A stretch of 64,000 nt of DNA from a virus, in the IMG/VR virus record IMGVR_UViG_3300020451_002162, positions 27,566 through 91,565 of that record; one strand, written 5' to 3'. Made by a program: the position numbers and the translations under genes. Of the stretch, positions 29,148 to 38,652 are shown piece after piece. Below the pieces are notes generated by a model. It did not search any database and was not told where the DNA came from. It was given only the letters and a program-made list of their open reading frames with translations. How positions within the stretch are numbered: position 1 is the stretch's first letter; the number at the start of each line of letters is the position of its first letter.

Positions 29148-30261
29148 TCAAGACAAATTAAAAGTAGTTTGTGACGGATTATGTGATAATATTGAAGAAT
29201 TGCTTGAACGATTTGATATTGAATATTCTTGCAATGGTAAACTATTAAGCATGTCCTGTCCTATACATGGTGGTGATAATACTACAGCTCTTAATATATA
29301 TCCGGAAGGAGATACATATAGAGGAAACTGGAAGTGTAGAACGCACGGATGTGAAGAGGTATTTAAAGGTTCAATTATAGGATTTATTAGAGGTATACTA
29401 TCTAGACATAAACATAACTGGGAAAAATCAGGAGACAAAACGGTATCTTTTCAGGAAACTTTAAATTTTTGTTTAGCTTTTATAAATCAAGATCTTGATA
29501 AAATATCTATTGATCATACACATAGAGACAAAAGTAAATTTGTAGCAGCAATAAAAAATACTAGTAATAATTCTGAAAAAGTAGAAAATGGCGTAGCCAG
29601 AAATGTTGTTAGGAAACATCTAGATTTAAAACACCCGTATTATATAGATCGAGGATTCTCAGCAGAAATTTTAGATAAATATGATGTTGGATATTGTTCT
29701 TCTAAAGGTAAAGAAATGTCTGGTCGGATTGTAGTGCCAGTATATGATCATGATTATCATCATATGATAGGCTGTACAGGTAGAAGCATATTCGACGTTT
29801 GTAACAAATGTAAGCACTATCATGAGGCAGGTACTGCATGTCCCGATAAGAATGTGTTGTTTTTACATAGTAAATGGAGACATAGTAAAGGTCTGAAAAC
29901 ACAGAATTATCTATACAACATCTGGTTTGCTAAAAAGTTTATTAAGACAACATATACTGCTATAGTGGTAGAAAGTCCAGGTAATGTATGGAGACTTGAG
30001 GAAGCTGGTATACACAATAGTGTTGCAATATTTGGCTCTTCTATGAGCGATAGACAAAAAATGATACTTGATGCTTCAGGAGCTATGAATATAATAACAA
30101 TTATGGATAATGACGAAGCGGGACAAAAAGCGGCAGATAAAATAAAAACAAAGTGTTGTAAAACCTATAATGTTAAAAATCTAAAAATTAAAACCGCTGA
30201 CATTGCAGAAATGTCTGTTCAACAAATTAACGAAGAAATTAAACCTTTACTTAGTATGTGA
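29092..30261 (+). CDS. dnaG: DnaG-type primase
   Basis: Zn finger CPIH..WKCRTHGC; GRIVVPV; GCTGR; TOPRIM VVES..MDNDEAG; extra CNKC..H..C insert. Confidence 0.88.
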   Translation: MALLLEKKVKNQKHSRLISQDKLKVVCDGLCDNIEELLERFDIEYSCNGKLLSMSCPIHGGDNTTALNIYPEGDTYRGNWKCRTHGCEEVFKGSIIGFIRGILSRHKHNWEKSGDKTVSFQETLNFCLAFINQDLDKISIDHTHRDKSKFVAAIKNTSNNSEKVENGVARNVVRKHLDLKHPYYIDRGFSAEILDKYDVGYCSSKGKEMSGRIVVPVYDHDYHHMIGCTGRSIFDVCNKCKHYHEAGTACPDKNVLFLHSKWRHSKGLKTQNYLYNIWFAKKFIKTTYTAIVVESPGNVWRLEEAGIHNSVAIFGSSMSDRQKMILDASGAMNIITIMDNDEAGQKAADKIKTKCCKTYNVKNLKIKTADIAEMSVQQINEEIKPLLSM

Positions 30262-30269
30262 GTTTTATT

Positions 30270-31025
30270 ATGACAACAATTATAGCTCTTTCAGGAAGAA
30301 AGCAATCGGGCAAAACTACCATTGGTAATTTTTTTATTAGCTTGTTTCTCTCAAACGCAGGAGTTTCAAAAGAAATAAAAATAGAAGATGATGGAGACAT
30401 TACTCTTTCTGATATTCATGGTAATGAACTATACAAAAAAATAACACCAAGATATGAATTAGAAAAAGATTTCGTTGTAGCAAATTTATATAAAGAGCTA
30501 GATCAGCACATAAAAATATATAATTTTGCTGATACATTAAAACAGAATGTTTGTATGGAAGTGCTTGGTTTATCTTATGAGCAGTGTTATGGCACGGACG
30601 AAAATAAAAATGAACTTGTCGATTGTTTTTTGCCGTGTACCACACTATCTCGTGAGACAGAAGCTGACAAGCAAATGACAGCGAGAGAAGTCATGCAATA
30701 TGTAGGCACTGATATTTTTAGAAGAATTAAAAAAACAGTATGGATAGACAGCACGATGTCTCGCATATCTAAAGAAAAACCGAAAATGGCAATTATTACT
30801 GATTGTAGATTTCCGGACGAGGTTGATGCCGTCAAGAATGCAGGAGGGTATGTGATCAGGTTAACCAGAGATTTGCATAACTCATCACATATTAGTGAAA
30901 CTGCCTTGGACAAAGAGAACTATGATTGGAAGAATTTTGATTATGTGTTAGATAATCAGAATCTAACTATATATGAACAATCTTTACAAATCCAGGAATG
31001 GTTAGACACATTACCAGCTACATAA
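30270..31025 (+). CDS. Deoxynucleoside monophosphate kinase (T4 gp1-like)
   Basis: SGRKQSGKTT, FADTLK, TAREVMQYVGTDIFR, ITDCRFPDE, HISE. Confidence 0.88.
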   Translation: MTTIIALSGRKQSGKTTIGNFFISLFLSNAGVSKEIKIEDDGDITLSDIHGNELYKKITPRYELEKDFVVANLYKELDQHIKIYNFADTLKQNVCMEVLGLSYEQCYGTDENKNELVDCFLPCTTLSRETEADKQMTAREVMQYVGTDIFRRIKKTVWIDSTMSRISKEKPKMAIITDCRFPDEVDAVKNAGGYVIRLTRDLHNSSHISETALDKENYDWKNFDYVLDNQNLTIYEQSLQIQEWLDTLPAT

Positions 31026-31026
31026 T

Positions 31027-32070
31027 ATGATTATAACTTACTTTCGTTCTTCTAGCTACAACACGCACAATATGTGCCCTCAGCAATATTTTTTTGAATA
31101 TGTCCTTGGGTGGAGAGGTAGTTCTGGGCTGAAAGCTGACAAAGGAACTATTGTACACAAAGTATTAGAAATACTAGCTGTTATAAAACAAGGTTTACAA
31201 AATAATAAAAAAGAAATTATAGATGACATACTAGGAAATATTAGCACTACAGAATATGATTTAGAAGAAATTATTAAACAAGTTTATGATCATTACTCTT
31301 CACATAATAGTCATCACAACTGGAAACCGAGAGATAGTAAAGACTGTAGAGATTGGGTATATAAAGCATTAGAATTTAATGATGGTATGTTTGATCCTAG
31401 AAAAAGGAATATTTTAGAACCAGAACAACATTTTGATTTTGAAATTAATAAAAGCTGGGCAGATTATGACTATGAAACATCCGAAGGTAGACTATCTGGC
31501 AAACTAGCACTAAAAGGAACGATAGATTTAATCACATTAGTTAATGACGAAACCATAGAAATTATAGATTGGAAAACTGGTAAAAGGCTAGATTGGGCTA
31601 CAGGTAAAGAGAAAACCCAAGAAAAACTTGAAGTAGACCCTCAGTTAAGAATATATTACTATGCTATCAAAAATTTGTATCCAAATATTAAATATGTTAT
31701 TTTCTCTATATATTTTATAAATGATGGAGGACCTTTCTCTGTTTGTTTTGGTGATGAAGACATGGAAGCAACCGAACATTTGTTAAGACAAAAATTTGAG
31801 CATATAAAACATACTCGCAAGCCAAATCTAAAAAAGAGCTGGATGTGTACCAAGTTATGTCATTTTGGCAAAACAACATTCGAGGATACGCATATTGAGC
31901 CAATGGATGAATATAGAGATAATCAAAGAACAACGCCCGGATATACTATGACGAAGTGTGAACAAGTTAAACACGATTTAGACTTGTACGGCATAGACGC
32001 AACTACTAATATATATAAACACCCTAACCATAAATTTGGAAAATATCAAGCTCCCGGATCAACAGAATGA
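31027..32070 (+). CDS. PD-(D/E)XK RecB/Cas4-like exonuclease
   Basis: SS..CPQQY..Y, GTIVHKVLE, GTIDL, IIDWKTG, QLRIY, CTKLC..C (possible Fe-S ligands). Confidence 0.85.
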   Translation: MIITYFRSSSYNTHNMCPQQYFFEYVLGWRGSSGLKADKGTIVHKVLEILAVIKQGLQNNKKEIIDDILGNISTTEYDLEEIIKQVYDHYSSHNSHHNWKPRDSKDCRDWVYKALEFNDGMFDPRKRNILEPEQHFDFEINKSWADYDYETSEGRLSGKLALKGTIDLITLVNDETIEIIDWKTGKRLDWATGKEKTQEKLEVDPQLRIYYYAIKNLYPNIKYVIFSIYFINDGGPFSVCFGDEDMEATEHLLRQKFEHIKHTRKPNLKKSWMCTKLCHFGKTTFEDTHIEPMDEYRDNQRTTPGYTMTKCEQVKHDLDLYGIDATTNIYKHPNHKFGKYQAPGSTE

Positions 32071-33947
32071 ATCAGTATATACCTTTGCATGTGCATTCGC
32101 ACTATTCTTTATTGGACGGATTATCTAAGCCCGCACAGATAGCTGACAGGTGTTTAGAAATAGGCGTTAAATCTTGCGCTATCACAGATCATGGTACAAT
32201 ATCTGGCTGTGTACAGTTTTATGAAACCATGAAGAAAAAAAATATTAAACCAATCTTGGGCTGTGAAATCTATGTTTGTTCTCAAGATTCTCAAATCAAA
32301 AAACCAGAAAATGCTAAGCTGAGTCATTTCCTGTTACTTGCTAAAAATAAAGCAGGCTGGGATTCTCTTATACAACTAGTTTCTTACAGCAATGTTGAAT
32401 CTAGATACTATCATAAGCCTAGAGTTTCTCTAGATGACTTACAGCAATTTATAGATGGAAACACCATAGGTTTTTGTGGACATCTTGGTTCTACGTTAGC
32501 TAATATTATACAAAAAAATAAAGACAATTCTGTAATTAAAGAGGGTTGTGAATTTGTAGCTAGAATGCAAAGTGTATTTGGTAAAGATAATTTTTTCTTG
32601 GAAGCTCAACTCATGGATAGAGAGAATAATCCAGAGCAACAAGAAATGACAGACATGGTTAGAAGTATAGCAGAACAAAGCAATTGTAAAATGTTGTGTA
32701 CGCCAGATGCACATTATTGTAGACAAGAGGACTCTATAGATCAAAGAATATTATTATGCAACAATCTTAAAACCACATTGATTGATATTAATAAAAAGTG
32801 TTTAAACAACGAAAAAGTTCCAATGGGGGCTTTTTTCACTTCTGATAATTACCATATATTATCACAAGAAGAAATACAAGACTTACACACCCCAGAAGAA
32901 ATTGAGACTACAAATCTTATTGACAGTATGTGCGAAGAATACGATATTCTTAGTGCTCCAATATTACCTCCGTATGATTGTCCAAATAATGCTGATCCAG
33001 CTGAATATTTACGCGAATTATGTAGACAAGGATGGAAGAAAAAAATAGCTAATGATATTCCTAAAGAACAGCATCAAGCATATGTAGATAGAATTAAAAG
33101 AGAACTTGATGTTTTACAAGGCGCTGGTCTATCTAGTTATTTTCTAACTGTTGTCGATATAGTAGATTATGTTAGAAATAAAAATTGGTTACCTGGTCCC
33201 GGAAGAGGTTCTGCTGCAGGATGTTTGGTTTCATATCTAATTGGTATCACCTCTATAGATCCGATTAAATACAATCTTATTTTTGAAAGATTTTATAATT
33301 CTGGTAGAAATACCAAAGACAGAGTATCTATGCCAGATATTGATGTCGATGTACCAATTAATAAAAGAGAAGATGTCATATCTTATATTAAAAATAAATA
33401 CGGTAATGATAAAGTTTCTCAGATGATCACATACAATACCATGAAAGGAAGAGGAGCCTTAAAAGAAGTTTTAAGAGTTTATGGTAATATAAATTTTGAA
33501 GAAATGAATAGAATCACCAAAAACATCCCTGATGAAGCCAAAATAGCAGATGAACTACAAGAAATGAAAGAAATTACTGGAGAATCTTCTATTATTAGAT
33601 GGGCATTAGAAAATAATGTTGACAGACTCAAAGAATGGTGTTATATTGATGAGAGTGGACAATTAGCGGGTCCATTATCTAAAAGATTTGAGCAAGCTAT
33701 GCGTTTGGAAGGAACTAAGTCTAATCAATCAAAACATGCAGCCGGTGTAGTTATTAGTAGCAGTCCTTTGCGAGATATTTGTCCTATGGTTTTAGACACA
33801 AAAAACAAGCAACAAATAGCCGGAATGGAAATGCAAGACTTAGAAGCTCTTGGCATGATTAAGTTTGATATTTTAGGTATTGCTATGTTAGATAAAATCA
33901 TGTCTATATCAGAACATTTATTTAAAGGAGACACCGATGATAGCTAA
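32067..33947 (+). CDS. dnaE: DNA polymerase III alpha subunit, N-terminal half (PHP + palm + thumb)
   Basis: HVHSHYSLLDG, TDHG, DAHY, GPGRGSAAG, FERF, MPDIDVD, SKHAAG, KFDILG; stops about 20 aa after the third catalytic Asp. Confidence 0.93.
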   Translation: MNQYIPLHVHSHYSLLDGLSKPAQIADRCLEIGVKSCAITDHGTISGCVQFYETMKKKNIKPILGCEIYVCSQDSQIKKPENAKLSHFLLLAKNKAGWDSLIQLVSYSNVESRYYHKPRVSLDDLQQFIDGNTIGFCGHLGSTLANIIQKNKDNSVIKEGCEFVARMQSVFGKDNFFLEAQLMDRENNPEQQEMTDMVRSIAEQSNCKMLCTPDAHYCRQEDSIDQRILLCNNLKTTLIDINKKCLNNEKVPMGAFFTSDNYHILSQEEIQDLHTPEEIETTNLIDSMCEEYDILSAPILPPYDCPNNADPAEYLRELCRQGWKKKIANDIPKEQHQAYVDRIKRELDVLQGAGLSSYFLTVVDIVDYVRNKNWLPGPGRGSAAGCLVSYLIGITSIDPIKYNLIFERFYNSGRNTKDRVSMPDIDVDVPINKREDVISYIKNKYGNDKVSQMITYNTMKGRGALKEVLRVYGNINFEEMNRITKNIPDEAKIADELQEMKEITGESSIIRWALENNVDRLKEWCYIDESGQLAGPLSKRFEQAMRLEGTKSNQSKHAAGVVISSSPLRDICPMVLDTKNKQQIAGMEMQDLEALGMIKFDILGIAMLDKIMSISEHLFKGDTDDS

Positions 33948-34119
33948 AAAATTTGCAGAATTATCAGTAAACTCAAAATTTGTACATAATAATATTGAGT
34001 ATCAAAAATTGCAACCAATCAAAATATCTTGTTGTAAATCCGTTAATGCTTGTGTGGTATCTCAACCTGCTACAAAAGTATTTATTAACCCTAACCAGGA
34101 AGTTAAAGTAAATGGCTAA
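33937..34119 (+). CDS. 60-aa hypothetical protein between the DnaE halves
   Basis: AAGGAG RBS; overlaps both neighbouring genes; SCCKSVNAC. Confidence 0.65.
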   Translation: MIAKKFAELSVNSKFVHNNIEYQKLQPIKISCCKSVNACVVSQPATKVFINPNQEVKVNG

Positions 34120-34810
34120 TTTTCATAAAATTTGTGTATTTGATTTAGAAACAGATGGAACAGATCCAAACAGCTGCAGCCCTGTTCAAATTGCGGCTGT
34201 TATGGTCGATCCGTTCAAATTAGAAATTATACCTGATTCTAAATTTAATATTAATTTAAAACCAGAAAAATTAGAAGAGAATCAAAATTATGCCTATGAA
34301 GACAGTGACGTTTTAGATTTTCATGCAAAAGTTAAGGGAGTCACTAGCGCTCAAGTTTTAGACGAGTGGCAAAATTATCATTCTCAAAAACAAGGTTGGA
34401 CTTCTTTCGTGAGTTATTTAGATATGTATCATCTGGGTAATAGAAAAAAGAAATCTCAATTCACAGCTCCTATTGCGGCTGGTTATAATATTTTTAGGTT
34501 TGATTTGAAAATTATTGACAGACTAAGTAAAAAATATGGAAACACAAACGCAGAAAAAGGTAGTGCTTTGTTTTTCCCTAGAGATACTGTAGATTTAATT
34601 AATACGGTATTTTGTTGGTTTGAAGGAAATGACGAATTGAAAAACTATACCTTGGACCATCTAAGAGATTATTTTGGCATGGTTAAGGATGGTGCTCATG
34701 ACGCATTAAAGGATGTAGAAGATACTGCAGAATTAGCTATCCGTTTTCTAAGACTTCACAGAAAGCTTTCAGCTAAAATTAGATTTAAGGACTCTTTTGT
34801 AGCGAATTAG
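34112..34810 (+). CDS. DEDDh 3'-5' exonuclease (DnaQ/epsilon-like)
   Basis: ExoI FDLETDG, ExoII GYNIFRFD, ExoIII HDALKD. Confidence 0.9.
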   Translation: MANFHKICVFDLETDGTDPNSCSPVQIAAVMVDPFKLEIIPDSKFNINLKPEKLEENQNYAYEDSDVLDFHAKVKGVTSAQVLDEWQNYHSQKQGWTSFVSYLDMYHLGNRKKKSQFTAPIAAGYNIFRFDLKIIDRLSKKYGNTNAEKGSALFFPRDTVDLINTVFCWFEGNDELKNYTLDHLRDYFGMVKDGAHDALKDVEDTAELAIRFLRLHRKLSAKIRFKDSFVAN

Positions 34811-34817
34811 TAAATAA

Positions 34818-36431
34818 ATGAAAAATAAATATTTGACCTTTTCTTGTGGATGTAAGTTTCCATTGGGAGAAAATAATTCTGTAACATTTGATACAGATGT
34901 CTCTTCTTTAAATATGGAATGTTCTAAAACATGGGACTTGATATCTGAAGGTAATACTAAAGGATGTTTTCAGTTAGAATCAAGACTTGGACAATCTATG
35001 TCCAAAAAATTAAAACCGTCTAACATAGAACAATTATCTGGTTTAATTAGTATCCTAAGACCGGGCTGCTTAGAAGCCTATAGAGACGGCAAGAGTGTGT
35101 CTAATCATTATATAGACAAAAAAAATAATTTAGAGGGTATTGATTATTTCCATCCTAGCTTAGAAGATATACTACAACCTACGTACGGAGAAATGATATA
35201 TCAAGAACAAGCTATGAGAATTACACAAAAAATAGCTGGATTTGACCTAAAAGAAGCAGATATGCTTAGAAAAGCTATTGGTAAGAAAAAGCCTGAAGAG
35301 ATGGCAAAAGTTAAAAAAAGATTTATAACAGGGTGTAAGAAGGAAAATACTGTTTCTAAAGAAGAAGCTGAAGAAATATTTGGCTGGATTGAAAAAAGTC
35401 AAAGATATTCTTTTAATAAAAGTCATGCTATATCTTATGCAATGAACGCCTATCTGTCTGCTTATGCTAAAGCTCATTTCCCTAAAATGTTTTTTGCTTC
35501 ATATTTAAAATTTGCTAAAGATAAGATTGACCCTCAACAAGAGATTAAAGAACTCATCAGAAATGCTAGTGAAATGGATGTTTCCGTAAGCACCCCTGAC
35601 CTAAGAAACCTAAACAGGTTGTTTGTAGTCGGCTCTGAATATATATATTTTGGACTAACTGATATTAAAGGGGTTGGAAATTCTGTATTTGACAAAATTA
35701 TACAAATCACTCAAGAAGGTTTTGATGTAAGTAAAACTTCTTGGTGCTATATCCTATTCGGTTTGTTATTAAAAATCAATTCCACCGCAGTTAAAGCTTT
35801 GATCAGTTCTGGGGCCTTAGATTATCTTAAAATAAATAGAACCAAAATGCTATTTGAGTACGATATAGCTTCTTCTCTAACAAAAAAAGAAGCAGCTTTC
35901 TGCGAAACACAATCTATGGAAATAGACAAGTTGAAAACTTTATTAGAGAATTTATTAGATGCTCCAAGAGTAAATAAAAATAGGAAAATCAAAATAAATG
36001 ATGCAATTAGTATGCTAAAAAAACCTCCGTACTCTCTACAAGACCGTATAGAATGGTTATCAGACAGCGAGAGTTCTTTACTGGGTGCTGCTATATCTTG
36101 TTGTAAATTAGATTCTTACGATATCAGTATGACCAATACGGATTGTAAGACATTTAAAAAGAGTCATAATAAAAATAATATTATTATTGCTGGAGAAATA
36201 AGCGGCGTAAATGTAGTTAAGACTAAAAAGGGTAAAAATCCTGGTCAAGATATGGCTTTTGTAACCATAGAAGACAGTACTGGCATATTAGACTCTGTGA
36301 TAATGTTTCCAGAAACTTGGTCGCAATACAAACACCATATATTTGATAGTAATGTACTTGTTTTTGTAGGAAATAAAACTAAGCAGTCAGACGGGTTTAT
36401 AGTCGAAAAATGTTTCGACGCACACACTTGA
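34818..36431 (+). CDS. dnaE: DNA polymerase III alpha subunit, C-terminal half (fingers + HhH + OB)
   Basis: FQLES, LRPG, YQEQAM, DMLRKAIGKKK, YSFNKSHA, GLTDIKGVG, MAFVTIEDSTG. Confidence 0.93.
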   Translation: MKNKYLTFSCGCKFPLGENNSVTFDTDVSSLNMECSKTWDLISEGNTKGCFQLESRLGQSMSKKLKPSNIEQLSGLISILRPGCLEAYRDGKSVSNHYIDKKNNLEGIDYFHPSLEDILQPTYGEMIYQEQAMRITQKIAGFDLKEADMLRKAIGKKKPEEMAKVKKRFITGCKKENTVSKEEAEEIFGWIEKSQRYSFNKSHAISYAMNAYLSAYAKAHFPKMFFASYLKFAKDKIDPQQEIKELIRNASEMDVSVSTPDLRNLNRLFVVGSEYIYFGLTDIKGVGNSVFDKIIQITQEGFDVSKTSWCYILFGLLLKINSTAVKALISSGALDYLKINRTKMLFEYDIASSLTKKEAAFCETQSMEIDKLKTLLENLLDAPRVNKNRKIKINDAISMLKKPPYSLQDRIEWLSDSESSLLGAAISCCKLDSYDISMTNTDCKTFKKSHNKNNIIIAGEISGVNVVKTKKGKNPGQDMAFVTIEDSTGILDSVIMFPETWSQYKHHIFDSNVLVFVGNKTKQSDGFIVEKCFDAHT

Positions 36432-36455
36432 CTTATGTTCTGCTTAGGCTATAAT
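36428..36455 (+). promoter_or_regulatory. Sigma70-type promoter for ssb
   Basis: TTGACT-16 bp-TATAAT; AGGAG at 36487-36491. Confidence 0.65.
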
Positions 36456-36495
36456 ACACTATTGTTGTGTCACTTTTTAAATTTTTAGGAGTTAA

Positions 36496-36894
36496 TTGAA
36501 ACTTATGAATATTACGATTTTAAGAGGAAATCTTGCTAGAGATCCAGAATACAGAACCGTTAATACCAACGGCAAACAAACAGGTGTAGTTAATTTCACC
36601 GTTGCTGTATCAAGAGAATATACCAAAGCAAATGGAGAGAGAGATAAAATTGCGTCGTTTATTAATTGCGAGGCTTGGGATACTGGTGCAGAAATTATTA
36701 GCAATTCTTTCAAGAAGGGTGACCTAGTTCTTGTCGAAGGCTCTCTCAGAAACGATAGCTGGGAGAAGGACGGAGTTAAGCATAGTACTCTTAAAGTTAG
36801 GGTGAATAACTTCTCAAAGATTACAAAGCTTAGCCGACAACAGAAGAAGGAAAAGGTTTCTTCGGGACAAGAGACTGAACCTGTCAGCTTCTAA
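36496..36894 (+). CDS. ssb: Single-stranded DNA-binding protein
   Basis: LRGNLARDPE, NFTVAV, FINCEAW, KGDLVLVEGSL, C-terminal EPVSF; start may be ATG 36505. Confidence 0.93.
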   Translation: MKLMNITILRGNLARDPEYRTVNTNGKQTGVVNFTVAVSREYTKANGERDKIASFINCEAWDTGAEIISNSFKKGDLVLVEGSLRNDSWEKDGVKHSTLKVRVNNFSKITKLSRQQKKEKVSSGQETEPVSF

Positions 36895-36912
36895 GCAAAG
36901 AATGCTTTTCAA

Positions 36913-36957
36913 GCGGTGTCTGCATTATTACATTGGTAGTGCAGGCGCCGCATTTTT
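36913..36957 (+). terminator. Rho-independent terminator
   Basis: 18-bp stem GCGGTGTCTGCATTATTA/TGGTAGTGCAGGCGCCGC with 5 G-U pairs, 3-nt loop, then ATTTTT. Confidence 0.8.
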
Positions 36958-36978
36958 ATATCAGAAGTAATTTTAAAT

Positions 36979-38652
36979 ATGACAAAAAAACTAAAGATAT
37001 TGATGGCAACAGAAGCTAGTTTTCTTAGTACTGGTTTTGCTAATTATACTAGAGAATTGCTAACAAGATTACACGCTACCAACAAATACGATATAGCAGA
37101 ATTTGCTGCGTATGGACATGTTAATGATCCTAAAGACATAAATATTCCTTGGAAATACTACCCTAATGCTGTTAGGCCCAATGATAGTAGACATAAAGAA
37201 TACATGTCTAGCGCAGATAATCAATTTGGAAGATGGCGCTTTGATCCTGTTGTATTAGATTTTAAGCCTGATATCGTCATTGATATTAGAGATTATTGGA
37301 TGAGTAATTACGAGCAATATTCTTCTTTTAGAGATTTTTTCCATTGGATATTAATGCCTACGGTTGATTCAGCACCTCAGCAGCAAACATGGCTAGACAC
37401 TTATGAGTCAGCAGACGCCATATTTACATATTCCGATTTTGGCGCAAGAACACTCAAACAACAAACTAATAATAGTATTAATTACATAGACACTGTTTCT
37501 CCGGGAATAGATTTGGAAGCATTCTTTCCCAATACAGAGGAAGATAGACGCAAACTTAAGCAAAGTATAGGATTACCCGAAGACGCAATAATTGTAGGTT
37601 CAGTTATGCGTAATCAAAAAAGAAAACTAATACCAGAACTAGTAAAGTCTTTTAGAATTACACTGGACCACTATAGGAAAACGAATCCAGAATTAGCCCA
37701 AAAAATATATCTATATTTACATACTAGTTTTCCTGATGCTGGATGGGACTTACCAGAAATATTGAAAGATGAACAAGTACTAAATAAAACTATTATTACC
37801 TACAGCTGTCCACAATGTAATAATATCTCGCCTGCAAATTTTTGTGGACCACGATCAAGATGTCCACATTGCCATAATTCTACTAGAGTAATACCTTCTG
37901 TAGCACAAGGAGTGAGCGTAGAAACATTACGCCAAATATACTCGCTGATGGATATATACGTGCAGTATGCTATATGTGAAGGCTTTGGTATGCCTCAAGT
38001 CGAAGCAGCTGCGTGTGGTGTTCCGGTCGCTACTGTCAATTACAGTGCTATGGAAGATGTTATAGATAAACTTGATGCATATTCTATCGACATAGGTTCA
38101 TATTTTAAAGAATTAGAAACAAAAGCTATTAGGGTATATCCTGACAACGAAAGCTTGAAAAGTATTTTAATAAAATTTATCGATCAATCACAAGAAGAAA
38201 AAGAACAGCTTAGAGTTAAAACCAGAAGCTTGATAGAAAAACACTATAACTGGAAAGACATAGCAAAAAAATGGGAAAAATATTTAGACACTATTCCCAG
38301 TAAGCAATCTGAATGGAATAGGCCCGCTAAATTTCTTGTTCCAATAGATCCGTCTATACTCAATGAAAATCCACAAAATTTAAATTATATGGCATTAATG
38401 ACTAGTATTTGTGCTAATAATCTTAAAAATATAAATTTAATATCTAGTAAAAGAATATTGAACATTTTACAACACCTAGAATATGGATATGTACAACAAG
38501 GTCCCTCTGTGAGAAACTACTCTTTACAAGAAGCTATACAAGAACTTAATGTTTATATAGAAAATATAAACAACGCAGAAAAGGCTAGGGTTTCTGGCTA
38601 TAAATCGGAAGAAGATTATATTAAGTACTCCAAAATAAAGGCTTCTACATGA
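36979..38652 (+). CDS. GT-B (GT4-like) glycosyltransferase with a zinc-ribbon insertion
   Basis: TGFANY, VMRNQKRK, YLYLHT, CPQC..CPHC, EGFGMPQVEAAACGVP, YNW..IAKKW. Confidence 0.88.
   Translation: MTKKLKILMATEASFLSTGFANYTRELLTRLHATNKYDIAEFAAYGHVNDPKDINIPWKYYPNAVRPNDSRHKEYMSSADNQFGRWRFDPVVLDFKPDIVIDIRDYWMSNYEQYSSFRDFFHWILMPTVDSAPQQQTWLDTYESADAIFTYSDFGARTLKQQTNNSINYIDTVSPGIDLEAFFPNTEEDRRKLKQSIGLPEDAIIVGSVMRNQKRKLIPELVKSFRITLDHYRKTNPELAQKIYLYLHTSFPDAGWDLPEILKDEQVLNKTIITYSCPQCNNISPANFCGPRSRCPHCHNSTRVIPSVAQGVSVETLRQIYSLMDIYVQYAICEGFGMPQVEAAACGVPVATVNYSAMEDVIDKLDAYSIDIGSYFKELETKAIRVYPDNESLKSILIKFIDQSQEEKEQLRVKTRSLIEKHYNWKDIAKKWEKYLDTIPSKQSEWNRPAKFLVPIDPSILNENPQNLNYMALMTSICANNLKNINLISSKRILNILQHLEYGYVQQGPSVRNYSLQEAIQELNVYIENINNAEKARVSGYKSEEDYIKYSKIKAST

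Noticed and set aside
31027-32070. CRISPR-Cas system (Cas4-like gene)
   Set aside because: No repeat-spacer array or other cas genes seen; solo Cas4/RecB-like nucleases are common in phage replication modules.
33880-34930. Split intein or self-splicing intron joining the DnaE halves
   Set aside because: No intein-N block after KFDILG and no HN-C/S/T junction in the C half. The gap is fully coding, with no room for intron structure.
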